This document shows positions 56,901-64,000 of a stretch of 64,000 bases of DNA, one piece after another (position 1 is the stretch's first letter; each line of letters starts with the position of its first letter). The notes beneath the pieces are model-generated. The model did not search any database. It had not been told where the DNA came from and was given only the letters and a program-made list of their open reading frames with translations. Source of the DNA: an uncultured Parabacteroides sp. (lineage in GTDB: Bacteria; Bacteroidota; Bacteroidia; Bacteroidales; Tannerellaceae); NCBI GenBank assembly GCA_944325335.1, contig CALUZR010000012.1, positions 5,860 to 69,859 on the forward strand. Reading direction: 5' to 3'. A program made the position numbers and the translations under genes.

Positions 56901-57128
56901 AATTGTTCCGTTCGTCGTGCCTTTGACAATTACATTTGCGCCGATAATCGGGCTTCCCGTCTCATCCAGAATAACACCTGTGATTTTTTTGCCAGTCTGC
57001 TGCATTTCAGTTACACTAAAAACAGGATGATCTGCCGTATTCGCATACGACAAGAAAGGAATTCCTGTACAACCTGCCAACAGTGCGCATAGAAGCACTT
57101 TGGGATACGAATGTCTCTTACTTTCCAT
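53970..57128 (-). CDS. susC: SusC-type TonB-dependent receptor (no STN domain)
   Basis: 1052-aa ORF with GANVIVKGTTNGTITDMNGRF, a plug (VVVGYGTMKK), and a terminal F. Confidence 0.92.
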   Translation of the reverse strand: MESKRHSYPKVLLCALLAGCTGIPFLSYANTADHPVFSVTEMQQTGKKITGVILDETGSPIIGANVIVKGTTNGTITDMNGRFALEVPEGASLQVSYIGYHTKEIPVGNETTFNIQLHEDTQRLDELVVVGYGTMKKSDLTGSSASVKDEVLGQRTVTSFGQALSGRVSGVSISTNSGRPGGRTSIRIRGNSSISVTNDPLYVVDGVILNVATLQNGTSPIDYLNPADIESVEVLKDASATAIYGARGANGVILIQTKRAEGRGPSVSYSTDFGVGVLPKKLDVLNAEQFLATEDLAYQNAAKFDPEGWAAGNYTDPKLKRTDPRLFDSNGKPLYDTDWQDEAIRNAFSQTHQISVSNSDGKNNYGLSVGFRGENGLIVESWLKRYSGRFFIDSQVNKWLKVGGSLNYTYQAERQTDSMSDGGITVGRQIIEELPIIPLRYPDGTWGGNADYPGMEGGNSPVQVATDRNNRLETQNMLGNAYAEITFLPGLTLRSSIGANIINQRLSYYAGRDLVWISSPNGVGEVYNNRNNSWQFENYLTYSKDFANKHSLTAMAGISWQHVDNSSSTAYGTGFEDDYFQYNNLGVATSPQISSAANAYGLNSYFARVNYGYDDRYLLTATARADGSSKFGSSNRYAFFPSVGAAWRISQEKFMENVSSVFSNLKLRASWGLTGNSETDAYASQGALGNYTLVFSDSKATGIGVSTLANPELKWEKTSQVNAGLDIGLFDSRVNMEFDWYYKKTTDMLLDAPVPASSGYTSIISNIGSMENKGIEFSINTINISTRDFSWESTFNISFNKNKVLALGEGNDDIFPGPDILSASNNIIRVGEPVGSFYGYVRLGTWGTHEAEEAARYGALPGDLKLEDRNNDGQINDLDRTIIGKGIPDGYGTFSNTFRYKNFDLVVDLQYSFGNDVLDISKHTAEDRTGIANSYATVLDAWTPENQNTMIAQIRPTGAGYTTNIDSHFVEDGSFLRGKNIVLGYTFPREMIQKIHLKHLRVYASVQNFFLITKYSGYDPEVSDATETFAQGITVFGYPKPRTFTIGLNVTF

Positions 57129-57242
57129 GTTACACTTATTTAAGATTAGTAATTATAAGATTGTTTGTAAATAAATTCAGATCTGATTAATTTTGCAGAA
57201 GAGATTTGCCTTTCTGGAAAATATCATTCGCTGATGTGCTTA

Positions 57243-57250
57243 CAAAGTTA
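57243..57250 (-). promoter_or_regulatory. -7 box for the third susC
   Basis: The plus strand reads CAAAGTTA (minus-strand TAACTTTG), about 115 bp upstream of the ATG at 57128. Confidence 0.3.
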
Positions 57251-57484
57251 CGCGCAATAAATATAAGAAAAAAAGATTTGCAATATAAATTTTGTTAACA
57301 ATGTAAGGGAAATTGTAGAAATACAATTTTCGTATTTCCTGGTATCCTGTTTTTAGTCTAAAAAAGGTTCAGAGTAATTGACGAGACCCAAGAGCCGGTG
57401 TCTCTTACCTTTTTTTTGTGCAGAGAGCAGGAGTCGGCACTGGTATAATTTGCATTCAGTAGAATTTTAAATTATTCATGATGG

Positions 57485-57510
57485 AGAGACACGGTTTCGT
57501 GTCTCTTTTT
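57485..57510 (+). terminator. Orphan rho-independent terminator in the susC-tamB intergenic region
   Basis: Perfect 9-bp stem AGAGACACG-GTTT-CGTGTCTCT followed by TTTT. No plus-strand CDS upstream. Confidence 0.6.
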
Positions 57511-57575
57511 GTAGGTAAATCGCATGTCCTGTCACTTTAAGACAGAAAAAAGAGACATCGTTGGCTTTTTTGTCT

Positions 57576-57583
57576 TACCTTTG
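57576..57583 (+). promoter_or_regulatory. -7 box for tamB
   Basis: TACCTTTG, 29 bp upstream of the ATG at 57612. Confidence 0.4.
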
Positions 57584-57611
57584 TAGATGTATATCGAAAC
57601 GATTGGTCTGG

Positions 57612-60600
57612 ATGAATGTATGGGTTAAAAGAATCGGATGGATATTGGCAGTACCTTTTTTATTGGTATTACTGCTTTCAGTGATGCTCTATGTACCAGC
57701 TGTGCAGGATTTGGCTGTCCGGCAAGCTACGCAGTACGCCAGTCAAGCTACTGGTATGCAAATTCACATCGAGCGTATCCGGCTATCTTTCCCATTGCGG
57801 CTTAACGTACATGGCGTCGAGGTCGTGCAAGCTGAAGCGGATACGTTATTATCCCTCGGTGAGTTGGATGTACACGTCCGTCCTTGGCCGCTCTTCAGCC
57901 AGGAGGTATTGGTAGAAGCTATCCAATTAAGCGATATGCAAGTGGATACGCGCGAATTGCTCGACGGACTAACCATCAAAGGGCACATCCATGAACTCTA
58001 TGCGCATGCCGACCGGATTAGTCTCGCCTCCGAACGGGCTACTTTGAACCAGTTCTCCCTTTCCGACGCTGCCGTGACCTTGCTTTTGACCGATACCACC
58101 TCGCAACCCGACACGGTTACGACTGCTCCCCTCCATTGGATATTGTCGCTCGAACAAATCGAGTTAAAACGAGTAGCCGTAGCGCTGCAAATGCCACTGG
58201 ATACACTCCAGATGGCCGGATTTATAACCGATGCCCACCTACAAGGGGGATTAGTCGATTTAGGTCAGGCCCGCTACGAAGCAGAGTCGTTCCATCTCGA
58301 AGCGCCTTTCTTCCGTTATGCCGCAAGCGAACAACCTGCTTTATCTGGTTTTGATCCGGCTCATATCACCCTGTCTGATGTGCAAGCTGATCTTTCCTCG
58401 CTCGCGTATGATAGTACTACGCTCCAGGCACACATTTTGCAACTAACAGCTAAGGAACGTTCCGGATTAACAGTCCGCCAGTTTCGCGGAGATGTCGGAG
58501 GAAGTCCGAATCACCTTCTCCTGCCCGGTATCCAGTTGGAAACACTCCATTCCCATGTCCATTTGCAAGCTGACATTCCGCTCGAAGCTTTTTCCGAGCA
58601 ACCCGCCGAAACAGAGATGAAGGTGCAACTCGAAGGCTCCATTGGTAAACCTGACGTGCTGGCCTTTGTTGGAGGATTGCCCCAGTCTGCCATCAACGCT
58701 TATCCCGATAAAAACATCGAACTCAAGGCCGCGCTGAAGGGTAATATGGATTTTCTGAGGTTGGAAAAGATCGACATCCAGTTGTCAGACCTATTTCAGT
58801 TTCGCACCCATGGGGAGGCGAGGGCTCTCTTGGACGAGAAAAAGCGCAAGGGCTCGCTGGAGTTGGAAGCCCAGACCGGCGATTTGACATTCCTCCTGGA
58901 TATGCTGCCAGACGAAACGCGGCAAAACCTCGCCATCCCGCCACGGATGACACTCAAAGGCAAAGCTGATATGGAAGGCCCGCAATATCGAACCAATCTG
59001 TTATGGCAAGAAGCATCCGGGAAAATGCAGCTGATAGGAAACTACGACCAAAAGAATGCTTCCTATCGCGTACATTTAAATATAGATAGCCTCGAACCGC
59101 ATCATTTCCTCCCGAAGGATTCTCTCTATTTTGTAAATGCGGATCTCCGTGCGGAAGGGGAGGGTTTCAATCCTTTCGATTCATTAGCCCATGCCCGCGT
59201 TGAGGCTCGGATTTCCAATTTACAATATGGCGTGCACGACTTTTCCGATATCATTTTAAAAGGAAGCTTACACGAGCAAGTGGCGCAACTGGATTTTATC
59301 AGTCGCGACCCGCTGGCGCAGGTAGATATCTCGCTCAATGCCCTATTAAAGGAACAAGACGTGAAGGGGAAGCTGATAGCCGACGTCCAGCAGGTTGATT
59401 TGCATGGGCTACACGTCAGCGACAAAACTTTATCCACTTCTTTCCAACTTTTTGCTGAATTAGAAACGGATCTGAAACAACGATACCGGGCGGATTTAAC
59501 GTTGGGTGAATGGGAAATTCGTACCGCCAAGCAGACCGTCCACCCCAAATCCTTGATGTTAACGGCTCGGACTTCCGAAGATTCCACCTTCCTCTCTTTC
59601 GAGGCAGGCGATTTGAGTCTCCAATTAACAGGAAATAAAGGTCCGCAAGGCTTAGGCCAGCACTTCGGGCTTATCTCCAAAGAAATGGAAAGGCAAATGG
59701 AGCAGGATTCCATCATCCGCTTAGCCTTGGTAAGGCCCATGCTCCCCGAGATGCATTTAGAAATGAACGCGAGAAAGGACAATCCGATTTACAACTTCCT
59801 GCAATTTTACGGTATGAATTTCCAGCGAATGAACGTCAATGCTTACACCTCGCCGGAAACGGGCATACGCATGGACGGGCAGGTGTTTCAGCTCATGCGC
59901 GATACCTTCCTGGTCGATACGATCCAGTTACATGTGTGGCAAGATACGGTCGGTATTTTCTACGAAGCGGGAGTCGTGAAAAACAAGTTTCAAAAGCAAG
60001 CCCCCTTTTCAGTCGACGTCAGTGGACAGTTACAAACCGGATTCATGGATGCGCTCCTCCACTTCCGAAATGGGCAAGGACAAACCGGAATCCTTTTAGG
60101 CGCACGTGTAAGCAAGGAAGAAGAGGGCGGTATGCGGATCCACCTCTTCCCGGACGAGCCGATTTTAGCTTTTTCAACCTTTTCTGTCAATCCGGACAAT
60201 TATATCATCTATCAAGATGAGAAAAACATCCGGGCAGACTTGCTTCTTCAGGAAAAAGCCGGGGCTTATCTCCGGGTTTATCATGATACCCCGGATAGTA
60301 CGCAAAGGCGTATCCAGGCTGAATTAGGTGAAATCGACTTGCGCGCCATCTCGAGCGCGTTCTCTTCTTATTTGCCCCCGATCGGCGGGAAGCTGTACGC
60401 GGACGTGCAATATGTGCCGTCGGATAGCTCCTTCATGTTAACTGCCAATATGAATGCCGATTCGCTCTCGTATGCGGATGGATTGGTGGGCAATTTGTTG
60501 TTCAGCTCGGTCTATTTGCCGGTCTCGAAAGATGAGCATCAAGTCGACCTGCATTTGTTCCACAATACGCAAGAGATCTTAACCTCGTCGCTCTTTTACC

Positions 60601-62240
60601 AGGGTGGCGAGGCCGAGGAGATAGAGGGCACATTGTCGGTCATGCAAATGCCGCTGTCGATGACGAACCCCTTCATTCCGGACGGCCTGGCTCGCTTGGG
60701 CGGAACCTTCTCGGGCGAGGTGGCGTTGGCGGGTTCTGTCTCGAAACCGTTGATAGACGGCTCCTTTCGGTTTGATTCCACGCAAATATACGTCTCGCCG
60801 GCGAATACCTACATTCGTTTAGAAGAAAAACCGATTGAAATCCAACGCAACCATATCCGTTTTAACCAATACAAGCTTTATGCGAATGGCGATAATCCGT
60901 TTGTAATCGATGGAGACATTGACCTTGATCTCGCCATGATGCAAACCAATTTGACCTTGACCGCGCAGAACATGCAATTACTCAATACGAAGCGGGATAA
61001 GACCAGCTTGGTCTACGGTAAGATGTTTGTCAATTTGGCTTCCCGCATTAATGGACCACTCAACGCCCTGACCATGCGCGGGGATTTGGATTTGTTGGGC
61101 GGGACGAATGTCACTTATATCTTGCAGGATTCCCCCTTGACGGTCCAGGACCGCCTGTCCGGACTCGTATCTTTCACTTCTTTCGACGAGGATACCCTTC
61201 TCATACGCCGTCCGCGACGGCAATCGCTCCCGCTGGGAGGGATGGATATGCTGCTTACAATCCATATCGACCAGGCGGTGCAGATGAATGTAGACTTGAC
61301 ACCCGATCAATCGAGTCATGTCAACCTGGAAGGTGGCGGGGACCTGTCTTTCCAGTATACGCCGATGGGCGAGATGATCCTGAATGGCCGGTACACGCTC
61401 TCGAGCGGGACGTTCAAATACGCCTTGCCCGTCATTCCGCTCAAAGAATTTCATGTGGAAAACGGTAGTTATATACAATGGAATGGAAATCCGATGGACC
61501 CCTTACTGAATATAACGGCTACGGAACGCATCCGGACTTCAGTTGCGTTGGATGAGCAAAGCTCGCGCATGGTCAATTTTGACGTGGGTATCGAGCTCAC
61601 ACAGCGTCTCGAGAATTTAGGGCTGAAGTTCATCTTGGAAGCACCGGAAGATGCGACCATGCAAGAAGAACTCGCCCGGATGGGAGAGGAAGAACGCGCC
61701 AAGCAGGCAGTCAGTATGCTGGTGACGGGCATGTATTTGGGGGGCGGAACAACGACGGGGAAGGCCAACCTCGATATGGGCGCCGCCCTGAACAGCTTCT
61801 TGCAGAACGAAATCAACAACCTGGCCGGCTCGCTGAAGGGTGTCGACCTGAACTTCGGCATGGAAAGCTACGATGAAGATGGCGACGGCAGCAAGCGGAC
61901 CGATTATTCGTTTCGTTTTGCAAAGCGTTTTTACAATGATCGCATCCGGATCGTCTTGGGCGGGAGGATCTCAACCGGGGCGGACATCAACCAGGGCCAG
62001 GCGCAGCCCTTTATCGACAATGTTTCAATCGAATACCGCCTCGACCCGAGCGGTACACGCTACGTGAAGATATTCCATAACAAAGATTACGAGAGCCTAT
62101 TAGAGGGCGAATTGACTGAAACAGGTGCGGGCATCGTGTTACACAAGAAAATGCAGCACCTCAGAGAACTTTTCATATTTAAAAAAAACAGAATAAAACC
62201 GGTAAATGAAGAGCAACAGGATGAAAACAAAAATGATTGA
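57612..62240 (+). CDS. tamB: Translocation and assembly module protein TamB (DUF490)
   Basis: Start set at MNVWVKRIGWILAVPFLL (N-terminal anchor), 29 bp after a TACCTTTG box. Very long beta-rich protein. Confidence 0.88.
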   Translation: MNVWVKRIGWILAVPFLLVLLLSVMLYVPAVQDLAVRQATQYASQATGMQIHIERIRLSFPLRLNVHGVEVVQAEADTLLSLGELDVHVRPWPLFSQEVLVEAIQLSDMQVDTRELLDGLTIKGHIHELYAHADRISLASERATLNQFSLSDAAVTLLLTDTTSQPDTVTTAPLHWILSLEQIELKRVAVALQMPLDTLQMAGFITDAHLQGGLVDLGQARYEAESFHLEAPFFRYAASEQPALSGFDPAHITLSDVQADLSSLAYDSTTLQAHILQLTAKERSGLTVRQFRGDVGGSPNHLLLPGIQLETLHSHVHLQADIPLEAFSEQPAETEMKVQLEGSIGKPDVLAFVGGLPQSAINAYPDKNIELKAALKGNMDFLRLEKIDIQLSDLFQFRTHGEARALLDEKKRKGSLELEAQTGDLTFLLDMLPDETRQNLAIPPRMTLKGKADMEGPQYRTNLLWQEASGKMQLIGNYDQKNASYRVHLNIDSLEPHHFLPKDSLYFVNADLRAEGEGFNPFDSLAHARVEARISNLQYGVHDFSDIILKGSLHEQVAQLDFISRDPLAQVDISLNALLKEQDVKGKLIADVQQVDLHGLHVSDKTLSTSFQLFAELETDLKQRYRADLTLGEWEIRTAKQTVHPKSLMLTARTSEDSTFLSFEAGDLSLQLTGNKGPQGLGQHFGLISKEMERQMEQDSIIRLALVRPMLPEMHLEMNARKDNPIYNFLQFYGMNFQRMNVNAYTSPETGIRMDGQVFQLMRDTFLVDTIQLHVWQDTVGIFYEAGVVKNKFQKQAPFSVDVSGQLQTGFMDALLHFRNGQGQTGILLGARVSKEEEGGMRIHLFPDEPILAFSTFSVNPDNYIIYQDEKNIRADLLLQEKAGAYLRVYHDTPDSTQRRIQAELGEIDLRAISSAFSSYLPPIGGKLYADVQYVPSDSSFMLTANMNADSLSYADGLVGNLLFSSVYLPVSKDEHQVDLHLFHNTQEILTSSLFYQGGEAEEIEGTLSVMQMPLSMTNPFIPDGLARLGGTFSGEVALAGSVSKPLIDGSFRFDSTQIYVSPANTYIRLEEKPIEIQRNHIRFNQYKLYANGDNPFVIDGDIDLDLAMMQTNLTLTAQNMQLLNTKRDKTSLVYGKMFVNLASRINGPLNALTMRGDLDLLGGTNVTYILQDSPLTVQDRLSGLVSFTSFDEDTLLIRRPRRQSLPLGGMDMLLTIHIDQAVQMNVDLTPDQSSHVNLEGGGDLSFQYTPMGEMILNGRYTLSSGTFKYALPVIPLKEFHVENGSYIQWNGNPMDPLLNITATERIRTSVALDEQSSRMVNFDVGIELTQRLENLGLKFILEAPEDATMQEELARMGEEERAKQAVSMLVTGMYLGGGTTTGKANLDMGAALNSFLQNEINNLAGSLKGVDLNFGMESYDEDGDGSKRTDYSFRFAKRFYNDRIRIVLGGRISTGADINQGQAQPFIDNVSIEYRLDPSGTRYVKIFHNKDYESLLEGELTETGAGIVLHKKMQHLRELFIFKKNRIKPVNEEQQDENKND

Positions 62241-64000
62241 CTTTTGTACAAAATCCCTTGCCTGTCTTTTCCTTTTATGTTTGGTAGCTTGCTCCGTCAC
62301 TAAAAACTTACCCGACGAAGAACTCCTTTACACAGGCATCGAGGATATTATCATCGAACAAAGAGACTCAACCGCGGCAGGCGAAAACACGCTGACCGAA
62401 ATCCGGGCAGCTTTAGACTATCCTCCGAATAACGCTTTCCTGGGAAGTTCATCTGTGCGGATTCCTTTCCCATTCGGGCTTTGGATGTATAACGCCCTCA
62501 TCCATAAGGAAGGGAAGCTCGGGCGATGGATGTTCGACAAGCTGGCGGCGAAGCCGGTGCTTATCTCCACGGTCAATCCGGAAGTCCGCGTGAAAGTGGC
62601 AGAGAACCTCTTGCGGGAGTATGGTTATTTCCAGGGCCGGGCATCGTATGAACTGGTTCATAACCCCTCAGACTCCCTCCAGGCCAAGGTGTTATACCAC
62701 ATCTCCATGCGTACTCCCTATACCTACGACAGCATTCGCTACATGCAGCGACGTCATCGCACGGATACGATTGTCCGCCAGCATAAGGTGCAGTCCCTCC
62801 TGAAGAAGGGGGACAACTTCAACGTCGTGCAGCTCGAGGCCGAGCGGCAGCGCATCAGCACCTTGCTCCGCAACAACGGATTTTATTATTTCCGCCCGGA
62901 ATATATTTCTTACCAGGCAGATACGACCCGCACCCCGGGGAAGGTCTGGCTCCGCATCATCCCCTCTCCTGGCATGCCGCGCGAGGCGCTCCGCCCCTGG
63001 AGATTGGGTGATATCACCGTCGCGCTACGCGGTTATAACAATGAGCCGCCTACCGACACGCTCCGCTACAAGGACTTAACCATCCTCTACGAGGGTAAAC
63101 TGCGCGTCCGGCCGGCCGTCCTCCACCGGAAAATCCAATTCCGACCCGGCGACCGTTACGCTTACACGGCGCAAGAGGCTACGCAGACGGCCCTTTCCCG
63201 CTTGGGTATTTTTAAATATACCGAGATGCAATATACGCCGCAGGATACCTCGCTGCGTGGGCGCCGTACGCTGGACGTCCGCATCAATGCCGCCTACGAT
63301 TTGCCGCTCGACGGCGAACTGGAGTTCAACGTCACCACGAAAAGCAACGACCAGACCGGTCCCGGCGCCATCTTCAGCGTCACAAGGCGGAATATTTTCG
63401 GGGGCGGGGAGACCTTTGGCGTCCAGCTGAAGGGTTCCTACGAATGGCAAACAGGCAATCGGGTGGAAGGTAGTAAGTCCCTCATGAACAGCTACGAGCT
63501 GGGCATAAGCAGTACATTGATACTTCCGCAGCTCCTCTTCCCCGGTTACCTGAGGCGAAACCTGCAATACCCTTCGAGCACGACTTTCCGCATCTATGCC
63601 GACCAGATGAACCGCGCCAAATTCTTCAAGATGCTCTCGTTTGGAGGGAGCGCCACGCTGGATTTCCAGAGCTCCGCCACGAGTCATCACTCCGTGGTCC
63701 CCTTCAAGTTGGCATACAACAAATTGCAACATACCACCGCCACGTTCGACTCCATTACTACCGTCAATCAAGCCTTGTATCTGAGCTTGAAGGACCAGTT
63801 CGTCCCCTCGATGAGCTATACTTACACCTACGATGATAGTCCGCTTACCGACAAGCGCCATCACCTGTGGTGGCAAACATCCATTACGCAGTCGGGTAAT
63901 ATCTTGAGCGGGATCTACGCCTTGGCCGGCCAAGGGTTCAAAAAGCAAAACAAGGAACTGTTTGGCAATGTGTTCGCGCAGTTTGTGAAGGTCAGTTCCG
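62221..64000 (+). CDS. tamL: TamA-like Omp85-family outer-membrane protein, lipoprotein form (TamL). The 3' end runs off the window.
   Basis: Manual translation from the ATG at 62221 (MKTKMIDFCTKSLACLFLLCLVACS, lipobox) stays open to 64000, so it is absent from the ORF track. Overlaps the tamB stop by 20 nt. Confidence 0.8.
   Translation, partial: MKTKMIDFCTKSLACLFLLCLVACSVTKNLPDEELLYTGIEDIIIEQRDSTAAGENTLTEIRAALDYPPNNAFLGSSSVRIPFPFGLWMYNALIHKEGKLGRWMFDKLAAKPVLISTVNPEVRVKVAENLLREYGYFQGRASYELVHNPSDSLQAKVLYHISMRTPYTYDSIRYMQRRHRTDTIVRQHKVQSLLKKGDNFNVVQLEAERQRISTLLRNNGFYYFRPEYISYQADTTRTPGKVWLRIIPSPGMPREALRPWRLGDITVALRGYNNEPPTDTLRYKDLTILYEGKLRVRPAVLHRKIQFRPGDRYAYTAQEATQTALSRLGIFKYTEMQYTPQDTSLRGRRTLDVRINAAYDLPLDGELEFNVTTKSNDQTGPGAIFSVTRRNIFGGGETFGVQLKGSYEWQTGNRVEGSKSLMNSYELGISSTLILPQLLFPGYLRRNLQYPSSTTFRIYADQMNRAKFFKMLSFGGSATLDFQSSATSHHSVVPFKLAYNKLQHTTATFDSITTVNQALYLSLKDQFVPSMSYTYTYDDSPLTDKRHHLWWQTSITQSGNILSGIYALAGQGFKKQNKELFGNVFAQFVKVSS

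Overview
The window looks like a Bacteroidales (Bacteroidota) chromosomal segment. The evidence is three SusC/SusD pairs, an ECF-sigma/anti-sigma/STN-SusC regulatory trio, TamB plus a lipoprotein TamA-like gene, and many TAnnTTTG-type -7 promoter boxes. All product calls come from reading motifs in the translated ORFs. No homology search was run.

Gene layout:
- 1-19924: a polysaccharide utilisation locus (PUL) on the minus strand. It holds an STN-domain SusC, a SusD, three paralogous large uncharacterised putative glycoside hydrolases, a GH97 and a GH38-like enzyme. Its ECF sigma and FecR-like anti-sigma are transcribed divergently. A foreign-looking DUF4469-type gene interrupts the locus.
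- 20174-33688: housekeeping genes. These are dnaE, trxA, relA/spoT, a LysM lytic transglycosylase, DUF5683, parB, parA, a beta-barrel OMP and two DUF4468 genes.
- 33859-40034: secDF, znuA, znuC, a small membrane protein and an epimerase.
- 40378-45608: an orphan SusC/SusD pair.
- 45609-46734: a 1.1-kb ORF-free, repeat- and palindrome-dense region, followed by an HU-like/DUF4469 gene.
- 47652-57128: an ATP-grasp-like gene, DUF349, a purple-acid-phosphatase-like esterase and a third SusD/SusC pair.
- 57612-64000: tamB and tamL.

I found no rRNA, tRNA, CRISPR array, transposase, integrase or recognisable defence system.

The most unusual content is non-coding. At least six different arrays of dyad-symmetric tandem repeats have units of 21-23 or 41-42 bp, which is 2 or 4 helical turns. 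There is also a dispersed ~115-bp element upstream of both dnaE and parAB, and a ~216-bp near-perfect palindrome. Two of the arrays sit directly upstream of the two DUF4469-domain genes. I consider these arrays, especially the 45.6-46.7 kb region plus the HU-like gene, the best candidate for something undescribed. Their function is inference only.
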